Origin: an uncultured virus (IMG/VR IMGVR_UViG_3300030330_004305) | Taxonomy: Duplodnaviria; Heunggongvirae; Uroviricota; Caudoviricetes | IMG/VR virus record: IMGVR_UViG_3300030330_004305 | Reading direction: 5' to 3' (one strand) | DNA: 64,000 nt | Shown here: one piece after another, positions 56,406 through 64,000 of the stretch | Position numbering within the stretch: position 1 is the stretch's first letter | Layout of the letters: each line of letters starts with the position of its first letter | Translations under genes and position numbers: made by a program | Notes under the pieces: generated by a model | What the model was told of the DNA's origin: nothing | What the model saw: the letters and a program-made list of their open reading frames with translations, nothing else | Database searches by the model: none

Positions 56406-57866
56406 ATGATATTATCTGATCCCGCTTCCGAAAGAGCAGTGCTTGCTGGTATTTGCAGACATGGCTCTGAAGCATATTTTGATGTTGCTGATATTGTAGA
56501 TGCAAATACTTTTACTGTTGAGTCTAATTCTATAATCTTTGCTTGTGTAAAAAGAATATTTGATAAAGATGACTCAATAAAAATTGATGTCCCCTCAATA
56601 CTATCTTCTGCAAAAGAGATAGGGCTGGCTGATTTTTTTAATAATAAAAATGAAATATCTCATTTAAATGCTGTGATGAAATTTCCAGTATTGTTTGAAA
56701 ATGTAAGGAGGTTCGCAGCTAAAGCTAGAAAGCTTCAAATAGCAAGGATGATGTATGACCAGCTAGAAGAAACCAAAGAAAAATATTTGGACATAAAGGG
56801 AGACGAGTCAGTATCTCATATATTGGGATTAGCTGAAGAATCAATATTTGATTTTACATCGCTTCTAAATGATCATGATGATGCACCAGAGTTATTGTTT
56901 GGAGATCTTGATGAATATTTAGAAGATAGGGCAGAAAATCAAGTTGATCAAATTGGTATTGCTACCGGATTTACTAAATATGATTTTGCAATCGGTGGTG
57001 GTTTAAGAAAAGGAACTGTGAATGTCATTGGGGCTAGAACCAAGGTTGGTAAAAGCTTGATTGGTCTAAATATGGGGGCGGATATAGCCAATCGTGACGT
57101 TCCAGTTCTTTATCTTGACACTGAGATGACCAAAAAAGATCAGCAGAATCGTGGCGGCTCTATGATATCCTATGGAACTAATGGAAAGTCAACGATCAAT
57201 GATATTGAAACTGGAAAGTTTGCAGATAATGACTACAGGAAAAACTCATTGATGGAGCTTGCACAAAATAAAAAGAACATACCCTTCTATCATAAGAATA
57301 TTGGAGGCAAAGCTTTTGAAGATCAACTATCAATCATGCGTAGATGGATAGCGAAAGTAGTTGGTTTAAATGACCAAGGAAAAGCCAACGATTGTGTTAT
57401 TATATATGATTATGTAAAGCTTATGGAAGCATCTGAGTTAGCAAAAAGCGATCTTAAAGAGTTTCAGCTTCTAGGTTTCATGATGACTGCTCTACATAAT
57501 TTTGCTTTAAGATATGAGGTTCCAGTTTTAGGTTTTATACAACTTAACAGAGATGGAATTAATAAAGAATCCACAGATGCCGCAAGTGGTTCTGATAGAA
57601 TCATGTGGTTGTGTTCAAACTTTACTATCTACAAACAAAAATCTGATGAGGAAATAGCAAAAGATGGTCCAGAAAATGGAAATCGCAAGTTAGTTCCAAT
57701 CATTGCAAGGCATGGCGAAGGTCTTGAAGATGGTGACTATATTAATGTACTTATGAAGGGTGCATACGCTAAATTAATAGAGGGCATGACCGCTTATGAA
57801 CTTGAGGATGGCGGTTCTTACACTGAGGATAATGATGAATACCAAGAAGAAGACGTGGCATTCTAA
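56406..57866 (+). CDS. dnaB: replicative DNA helicase
   Basis: SERAVLAG, GIATGF..YD..GGL, GARTKVGKS, DTEM, IYDYVKL, QLNR. Confidence 0.92.
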   Translation: MILSDPASERAVLAGICRHGSEAYFDVADIVDANTFTVESNSIIFACVKRIFDKDDSIKIDVPSILSSAKEIGLADFFNNKNEISHLNAVMKFPVLFENVRRFAAKARKLQIARMMYDQLEETKEKYLDIKGDESVSHILGLAEESIFDFTSLLNDHDDAPELLFGDLDEYLEDRAENQVDQIGIATGFTKYDFAIGGGLRKGTVNVIGARTKVGKSLIGLNMGADIANRDVPVLYLDTEMTKKDQQNRGGSMISYGTNGKSTINDIETGKFADNDYRKNSLMELAQNKKNIPFYHKNIGGKAFEDQLSIMRRWIAKVVGLNDQGKANDCVIIYDYVKLMEASELAKSDLKEFQLLGFMMTALHNFALRYEVPVLGFIQLNRDGINKESTDAASGSDRIMWLCSNFTIYKQKSDEEIAKDGPENGNRKLVPIIARHGEGLEDGDYINVLMKGAYAKLIEGMTAYELEDGGSYTEDNDEYQEEDVAF

Positions 57867-58986
57867 ATACAAGGATCAAGAAAAGCTAAATCAGCTTACT
57901 GAAATTGTTTTAGAAAATATAGAAGATATCTATGAATACTTTGATGTGCAATCACACAGAGGGCAAAAGGTATACTTTTCTGAATGCTTTATACACGGTG
58001 GAGATAACCGTTCTGCACTAAATTTATACTATGATGCAGACTATAGGGTGCATTATAAATGTAGAACTCATGGGTGTGAAGCACATTTTGGCACATCTTT
58101 ATTAAGTATGATAAGGGGCGGTCTATCAAATATAAAATATGGATGGTCTGTTCCGGGAGATAAAACTGTTAGCTTTGATGAAACAGTTGAATTTCTTCTT
58201 GATCGTTATAATCTAGACTTCAATGGCTTAAAAGGTCAAAAAATTGATGCCGGGAATCATGAGTTCAGTAAACTAGTCAACGGTCTTTCTGGCGATAAGG
58301 TACGTGGCGATATAACAAAAGATTTCTATAGAAGTAAGGTTGAAATACCTTCTCAATACTATCTGCAAAGAGGGTACAGCATTGAGGTTTTAGACGATTA
58401 TGACGTTGGAACCTGCAAAACATATGGTAAACCTATGTTCAATAGAGCAGTCGTTCCTGTATACGATGAGGTTGGTGAAACAATAATTGGTTTTACAGGA
58501 AGAAGCATTTTTGAACAATGTCCTAAATGCAAATCTTACCATGATCCTAGTAAAGACTGTTTTTATTTTCCAAAATGGAGACATACAAAAGGCTTTCAAA
58601 AAGAAAAAGCATTGTATAATTATCATAGAGCAAAAGAACATATTATATCCACTGGAGTAATTATATTAGTCGAATCTCCGGGAAACATTTGGCGACTAGA
58701 AGAATCAGGAATACATAATGCTGTTGGATTATTTGGAACGACACTTAATCCACCACAGAAGCAACTAATAGACGAGTCTGGTGCATTGACGGTAGTTATT
58801 ATAATGGATAATGACGATCATGGTGCTGGTCAAAAGGCAGCAGAAGAAATAAAAAAACAACTAGAGAGAACATATAGGGTTTATATAATCGACATCAAAA
58901 AAAACGATGTCGGAGAAATGAGCACTAATGAAGTAACAGATGATATATTACCTTGGATTAATCAAGCAAAGGAAGCATATTTATGA
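57832..58986 (+). CDS. dnaG: DNA primase (Zn finger + TOPRIM)
   Basis: CFIHGGDN...CRTHGC, IGFTGR, LYN, VESPG, MDNDD.AG; extra CPKC..H..C insertion. Confidence 0.88.
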   Translation: MMNTKKKTWHSKYKDQEKLNQLTEIVLENIEDIYEYFDVQSHRGQKVYFSECFIHGGDNRSALNLYYDADYRVHYKCRTHGCEAHFGTSLLSMIRGGLSNIKYGWSVPGDKTVSFDETVEFLLDRYNLDFNGLKGQKIDAGNHEFSKLVNGLSGDKVRGDITKDFYRSKVEIPSQYYLQRGYSIEVLDDYDVGTCKTYGKPMFNRAVVPVYDEVGETIIGFTGRSIFEQCPKCKSYHDPSKDCFYFPKWRHTKGFQKEKALYNYHRAKEHIISTGVIILVESPGNIWRLEESGIHNAVGLFGTTLNPPQKQLIDESGALTVVIIMDNDDHGAGQKAAEEIKKQLERTYRVYIIDIKKNDVGEMSTNEVTDDILPWINQAKEAYL

Positions 58987-59201
58987 TTGAAAAAGCAATG
59001 GCGTATCTTAAAAACAAAGCATTGTCAGACGTATCTCAGGCTGAAATGAGCTTTGACCTCCTGCTGCACAAGTCAGTTGGAATTGGAGATCATTCAACAG
59101 GCGACTTTACTAAAAATCTAGACGAGGCATTAGATCTTTTGGTCGATGCAAACGATAGACTAAAAATGGTTGAAAGACTTTCGGAGAAATATAGAGTATG
59201 A
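58983..59201 (+). CDS. small conserved phage protein
   Basis: SVGIGDHS motif typical of T4-like small proteins. Confidence 0.65.
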   Translation: MIEKAMAYLKNKALSDVSQAEMSFDLLLHKSVGIGDHSTGDFTKNLDEALDLLVDANDRLKMVERLSEKYRV

Positions 59202-59962
59202 CTCAAATAATTGGATTTGCAGGTAAAAAACAAAGCGGCAAAAATACATGCTGTAATTTTATTACCATGCTAAAAATGATAGAAAAAAATGTTTGTGAAG
59301 CCGCAAGACTCAACGATAATGGCGAGATAGAAGTATCTGACATATTTGGCGAGCGTGTTAGTGGGCAAGAATATTTTACTTTTAAAAAACCTAAAGTAAA
59401 TACAGATGTTGTAATTGAACAAATGAATTCTGTAAAGATATATGCATTAGCTGATCCACTCAAGCAGCTATGTATTGATTTTTTTGGACTTCCTGAAGCT
59501 AATGTCTATGGTACAGACAAAGATAAAAGTAAAATGACCGATATTAGATGGGAAAACATGCCATGTAAAGAACGATATTCAAATCAAAAGAAAAAGGGCA
59601 GAATGACTACTAGAGAAGTTTTGCAGCATCTTGGCACAGAAGTGTTTAGGATGATTGATAAAAACATCTGGGTCAATACATTATTGAGAAAGATAGATGA
59701 AGATAGACCTGAAATCGCCTTGATTTGTGACGTTAGATTTGATAATGAGATAAAATTATTGAAAGAAAATGGCGGCATTATACTTGGACTTAAAAGAGAT
59801 AAATTCAAGTCTAAAGATAAACATGCGAGCGAACAAGTAAATCTTTCGCTATGTGATAAAGTAATTGACAATTCGAGCTTGAGTATTGCAGAGCAAAACA
59901 AAGAAATATATTTTGCACTAAAAAAATTGAACTGCAAATATCTTACAGATTTAGGAGTTTAA
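59198..59962 (+). CDS. deoxynucleoside monophosphate kinase
   Basis: GFAGKKQSGKNT, ADPLK, REVLQHLGTEVFR, DVRFDNE, HASE. Confidence 0.9.
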   Translation: MTQIIGFAGKKQSGKNTCCNFITMLKMIEKNVCEAARLNDNGEIEVSDIFGERVSGQEYFTFKKPKVNTDVVIEQMNSVKIYALADPLKQLCIDFFGLPEANVYGTDKDKSKMTDIRWENMPCKERYSNQKKKGRMTTREVLQHLGTEVFRMIDKNIWVNTLLRKIDEDRPEIALICDVRFDNEIKLLKENGGIILGLKRDKFKSKDKHASEQVNLSLCDKVIDNSSLSIAEQNKEIYFALKKLNCKYLTDLGV

Positions 59963-61051
59963 ATGGGTATTCCAATAGTATACTTTAGAAGTAGTTCTTT
60001 TAATTGCCACAGAACTTGTCCTATGCAATTTTATACAGAGTATGTGCTGGGACTTAGGGGGTTAGGTAATAAGAAAGCAGATAAAGGTACAATAACCCAT
60101 AAAATACTTGAGATAACAGCACTTTGTAAAAAGGCATCCCAAGACGGTATTAAAGTTATTGATGATGAAGATATTGGTGAAGTTTTTACCGATAACTATG
60201 ACCCTGAATATTTAAATTCTATAGGTATTAGGGTTTATGAATACTACAAAAATATATTTAATTACCACAAAGGGAAAAATGCTTGGAGAGATAGAGACTT
60301 TGAAGACTGCATGGGCTGGGCTTGGAAGGCTCTGAAATACAAAGACGGCATGTACGACCCAAGAAAAAGAAATGTTGTGGATGCAGAGCCACATTTTGAT
60401 TTTGAAATACAAAAAGAATGGGCCAAATATGATTACCCAGAGTATGATTTAAAGGGCTACTTATCATTGAAGGGTACTATTGATTTAGTGGCAGATATTG
60501 GGGACGGTGTTTATGAAGTGATTGACTGGAAAACAGGACAAAGAAAAGACTGGGCCACAGGTAAAGAGTATAATCAAGGGAATTTATTTAATAATCCACA
60601 GCTTAGAATGTATCATTATGCATGTAAGAAACTTTACCCTCAAGCCCACACGTTTTTAATGACCATTTACTTTATAAATACTGGCGGCCCATTTACTGTA
60701 CATTTCCAAGACTCTGACTTAGAGCAGACAGAAGAGATTTTGAAAAAAAGATTTGAAGAGATAAGAAATACAGATCAGCCAAATATTCTACCAAGAATAA
60801 GACCTAAAGATAGTTGGAAATGCAGAACAATGTGTGATGCTGGAAAGACTACATTTCAAGGAACGAACATCGAGCCAATTAAAGAACATCGTCCCGGACA
60901 AAGAACAAAGTATGGGGAAGTCATGAGCAAATGCGAACAGGTCAGATACATGATAAAATTAAAAGGAATTGATTGGGTGACTAACAATTACATGTCACCG
61001 GGGCATACTATTGGAAGATACGGTTCTGGTGGGGGAAAGGTTCAGGATTGA
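59963..61051 (+). CDS. Cas4/RecB-like PD-(D/E)xK exonuclease
   Basis: SS...CP, GT..H, GTIDL, IDWKTG, QLRMY, C-terminal CRTMC...C. Confidence 0.85.
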   Translation: MGIPIVYFRSSSFNCHRTCPMQFYTEYVLGLRGLGNKKADKGTITHKILEITALCKKASQDGIKVIDDEDIGEVFTDNYDPEYLNSIGIRVYEYYKNIFNYHKGKNAWRDRDFEDCMGWAWKALKYKDGMYDPRKRNVVDAEPHFDFEIQKEWAKYDYPEYDLKGYLSLKGTIDLVADIGDGVYEVIDWKTGQRKDWATGKEYNQGNLFNNPQLRMYHYACKKLYPQAHTFLMTIYFINTGGPFTVHFQDSDLEQTEEILKKRFEEIRNTDQPNILPRIRPKDSWKCRTMCDAGKTTFQGTNIEPIKEHRPGQRTKYGEVMSKCEQVRYMIKLKGIDWVTNNYMSPGHTIGRYGSGGGKVQD

Positions 61052-62940
61052 TGAGATATACTCCGCTACACGTTCATTCAGAATATAGCCTTCTTGATGG
61101 CCTAAGCAAATGTGAAGATATAGCAAAAAGATTGGAAGTTATAGGTTCTAATGCTTGTGCATTGACAGATCATGGTTCAGTTTCTGGTGCTGTTGACTTT
61201 TCTAAACAAGCCAAATCTAATGGTATGCGTCCTCTATTGGGGTGTGAGCTTTATGTTTGTCCTGATGGGCAAGCAACAAACAGAACTAAAGAAAATAGCA
61301 AGCTCGTACATCAACCCATTATAGCAAAAAACTTTAAAGGATGGAAAGACCTACTAAAGATAGTTTCTTCATCAAACAAAAAAGAGCATTTTTATCATAA
61401 GCCCAGAATAGACATGGAAATTATGTCTGAGGTGGCAAGCAATAAAAATTTAATTTGTTTCAGTGGTCATCTAGGATCAGTGTTGTCAAATGCTATTTGT
61501 AATGGAGATGAGCTTGACCCAGATTGGATGAAAAAGGGAAAAGCTATGGCAGAAAGACTTAGGTCGATGTTTGGCAAGGAAAACTTTTTTATTGAAATAC
61601 AACTAATAGATTCTAGAATAAATACATTTGCAGCAACTGTCTCCGGTGCATTAAGAGATATTTCAAAGGCCACTAAGATACCCTGCGTAGCAACTCCAGA
61701 CGCACATTACTGCTCTAGGGAAGATGCAGAGGATCAACGTGTACTTTTATGTACGTACTTTAAAAAGAATATATCTCAGATACAAAGAGAAATAAAACAA
61801 GGAACTGCAAATCAATCATTAATAACATTTTTTAAATCAGATAATTACCACATACCTTCATATGAAGATATGAAAGAATTTCATACAGATGAAGAACTAC
61901 AAAACACAAATCTTATAGTTGATATGTGTGAAGATTATGATATTCTTAAATCACCAGAACCACCTCAATTTGTTTGTCCAGATGGGATGTCTCCAGAAGA
62001 GTATCTCAGGAAACTTAACAGAGATGGCTGGAATAGAAAAATGCGTCATGTTGAAAAAAATAGTGATGAGTTTATTGAATATGGTAAAAGGGTAAATAAT
62101 GAGCTTGATGTCTTTACTTCTATTGGGCTTTCTAGCTATTTTCTTATTGTCGATGACATTCTTAATTTCGTTAGAAGCAAGGGATATATTACCGGCCCCG
62201 GAAGAGGTTCTGCTGCTGGTTGTATGGTTTCTAATCTACTGGGCATTACTCAGGTAGATCCAGTACCTTATAATCTTATCTTTGAAAGATTTTACAATGC
62301 AGGCAGAAATGCTCCCGGTAAAATATCTTGGCCTGATATTGACTTTGATATACCAAAAGCTGCTAGAGAAGAAACAATCGAATACATTAAAAGTAAATAT
62401 GGAGAAGAGTGTGTTGCACAAATACAAACATTCCAAACACTAAAGGGAAAAGCTTCATTAACAAGAGTAATGGGTGCTCGTGGCAATATCTCATTTGACG
62501 AACAAAAAGCTATTACAAAGTGCTTGCAAGATGAAGCAAAGGTATCTGATGAACTTAAAGATATTGAAGAAGAATATGGATATTCATCTAGCATTTTATG
62601 GGCACTTGAAAATACACCCGATAAACTAAAACAGTGGTGTCATATAGGAAAAGAAGGAAAGCTAGAAGGAAGGCTTGCAAAAATATTTGAGCAAGCGATT
62701 AGGATTGAGCATACAAAAATTATTGCAGGCACACATGCTGCTGGTATTGTTATTTCAAGTAACCCTATTAGTGATTCATGCCCTATGGTATTAGACAGTA
62801 AAGGGAAAAGTTATCGTGCTGGATTTGACGGCCCTAGCTGCGAAGATTCAGGGCTACTTAAACTTGATTGTCTTGCAATTCGCGGATTAGATAAGGTAAT
62901 GGATGTGGTTAATATAGTTGGTGGTGAAGACCTATGCTAA
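61048..62940 (+). CDS. dnaE: DNA polymerase III alpha subunit, N-terminal part (split gene)
   Basis: LHVHSEYSLLDG, ALTDHG, GRGSAAG, FERF, PDIDFD, THAAG; stops just after LLKLDCL. Confidence 0.92.
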   Translation: MMRYTPLHVHSEYSLLDGLSKCEDIAKRLEVIGSNACALTDHGSVSGAVDFSKQAKSNGMRPLLGCELYVCPDGQATNRTKENSKLVHQPIIAKNFKGWKDLLKIVSSSNKKEHFYHKPRIDMEIMSEVASNKNLICFSGHLGSVLSNAICNGDELDPDWMKKGKAMAERLRSMFGKENFFIEIQLIDSRINTFAATVSGALRDISKATKIPCVATPDAHYCSREDAEDQRVLLCTYFKKNISQIQREIKQGTANQSLITFFKSDNYHIPSYEDMKEFHTDEELQNTNLIVDMCEDYDILKSPEPPQFVCPDGMSPEEYLRKLNRDGWNRKMRHVEKNSDEFIEYGKRVNNELDVFTSIGLSSYFLIVDDILNFVRSKGYITGPGRGSAAGCMVSNLLGITQVDPVPYNLIFERFYNAGRNAPGKISWPDIDFDIPKAAREETIEYIKSKYGEECVAQIQTFQTLKGKASLTRVMGARGNISFDEQKAITKCLQDEAKVSDELKDIEEEYGYSSSILWALENTPDKLKQWCHIGKEGKLEGRLAKIFEQAIRIEHTKIIAGTHAAGIVISSNPISDSCPMVLDSKGKSYRAGFDGPSCEDSGLLKLDCLAIRGLDKVMDVVNIVGGEDLC

Positions 62941-62959
62941 TAAACAAGGAGCAAATTAT

Positions 62960-63652
62960 ATGAAGAATAATCGTTGGATAATATGTTTTGATTTTGAAAC
63001 TGATCTTCCAGATAAGGACTTGTGCAACCCTGTCCAATTGGCAGCGGTTCCAATTGACCCAGAAACATTAGAAGTTAAAAAAGATCAAGCTTTTAATGCT
63101 ATGATAAAACCAGAAGGAATTGATAAACCAGAATACTTTGATGTTCCTAAAAGAGAGGCGACTATAAATTGGCACGCACAAAACTATGGAATTACATACG
63201 AGGAAGTCATTGAAAAATGGAAAACTGGTGTTTCTGAAAAGGTTGCTTGGAAAAACTTTGCAACCTATTGCAAAAAATACACCGTAGACAAAAAACCCGG
63301 ACAATGGTTTCCAGAACCGATACCTGCGGGGTATAATATCACTGGGTTTGATATTCCAATCGCTGAGAGGTTGTGCAAAAAGCATAAAATTAAAATGCCA
63401 TTCTCATCAGTAACAAAATTAGATGCTATGGATAATTTATTCTGGTGGTTTGAAAATCTAGAAGAACCATATGATTTTAAAATGGATACTTGGAGAAAGT
63501 TCTTTGGAATTAAAATGAAAGGTGGAATAGCACATGACGCACTGACTGATGTTTTTGAAGAGTCTGCTATTGTTACTAGATTTATGAAGTTTCATAGAAA
63601 ACAATCTTCTGTTGGTAAATTTAAAGGAAGCTTTGCGAATGTTTCGATATAG
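62960..63652 (+). CDS. DEDDh 3'-5' exonuclease (DnaQ-like)
   Basis: FDFET, AGYNITGFDI, AHDALTD; AGGAG RBS. Confidence 0.88.
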   Translation: MKNNRWIICFDFETDLPDKDLCNPVQLAAVPIDPETLEVKKDQAFNAMIKPEGIDKPEYFDVPKREATINWHAQNYGITYEEVIEKWKTGVSEKVAWKNFATYCKKYTVDKKPGQWFPEPIPAGYNITGFDIPIAERLCKKHKIKMPFSSVTKLDAMDNLFWWFENLEEPYDFKMDTWRKFFGIKMKGGIAHDALTDVFEESAIVTRFMKFHRKQSSVGKFKGSFANVSI

Positions 63653-63926
63653 ATTAGCATTGGCAATTATTTTTGTTTTGCTTTGTATAGTAGACAATAT
63701 ATTTACATATGAAGTAACAAGATGGCCTTTATACCAAGAAATAGCACCGGTCGCAGTCCTCATGCTTTCAATACCATACGGACTTTGGATTCAAAAGTTT
63801 TGTGTGTGTCTGGGTTTGTATTATTTTAGAGAGAAGATTAGTAATCAATTTTTGTGTGTTTTAAACGCAGCTATGCTGTTCATAGTTTGCAACAACGGCT
63901 ACTTATATTGTAGGGTAATATTTTAA
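63639..63926 (+). CDS. multi-TM membrane protein
   Basis: Three hydrophobic segments; D.IFT...E.AP. Confidence 0.55.
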   Translation: MFRYRLALAIIFVLLCIVDNIFTYEVTRWPLYQEIAPVAVLMLSIPYGLWIQKFCVCLGLYYFREKISNQFLCVLNAAMLFIVCNNGYLYCRVIF

Positions 63927-64000
63927 TGTATGAATATAATGCTAAAGTTGATCGTGTTGTTGATGGAGACACTGTAGACTTTATTGTTGATCTTGGATTT
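63926..64000 (+). CDS. thermonuclease (SNase)-like protein, truncated by window end
   Basis: MYEYNAKVDRVVDGDTVDFIVDLGF. Confidence 0.8.
   Translation, partial: MYEYNAKVDRVVDGDTVDFIVDLGF

Noticed and set aside
59963..61051. CRISPR-Cas system suggested by the Cas4-like nuclease
   Set aside because: No repeat-spacer array or other cas genes were seen; solo Cas4-like nucleases are usual in phage replication modules.
62918..62960. Possible programmed frameshift fusing DnaE-N to the exonuclease
   Set aside because: The exonuclease has its own AGGAG RBS and ATG at 62960, and no slippery sequence is evident.
1..64000. Stop-codon reassignment or suppressor tRNA
   Set aside because: Conserved genes are intact in code 11, TAG and TGA end well-coupled genes, and the 2305 tRNA loop CTTATAT centres on TAT, not TTA.

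Overview
A 64-kb slice of a large, AT-rich dsDNA bacteriophage genome. Essentially all genes lie on the + strand and are tightly packed. There is one 10-N scaffold gap at 30071-30080. In order, the window holds: (1) an early-type region driven by repeated TTGACA-N16/17-TATAAT promoters, with small ORFs, three tRNAs, a tRNA-like pseudoknotted RNA, a sigma70-family factor, rIIA/rIIB-like genes, RuvB with an unusual Zn-ribbon/RuvA-domain-III partner, and UvsE; (2) a ~10-kb sugar-modification cluster (glycosyltransferases, NDP-sugar dehydrogenase, methyl-, formyl- and aminotransferases); (3) ssb followed by a D-stem-less tRNA-scaffold RNA; (4) a modular basic protein, LamG proteins, a Tat-signal DUF1501 protein and a CarF/TMEM189-like desaturase; (5) a circularly permuted two-piece tmRNA (tag ADENLALAA); (6) nucleotide metabolism genes (dut, guaC, thyA, dCMP deaminase, nrdAB), ClpP and a degenerate DeoC; (7) a second sugar island; (8) a papain-like peptidase/holin cassette; (9) a replication module (RecA, DnaB, primase, dNMP kinase, Cas4-like nuclease, split DnaE, DnaQ-like exonuclease). 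A Planctomycetota host is inferred from DUF1501 and an NPYQPP membrane-protein motif. The most unusual signals are a set of tRNA/tmRNA-architecture RNAs, one of which has a loop antisense to tmRNA helix 2, and the mini-RuvA/RuvB pair. All calls come from motif recognition by eye; no database searches or folding programs were run.
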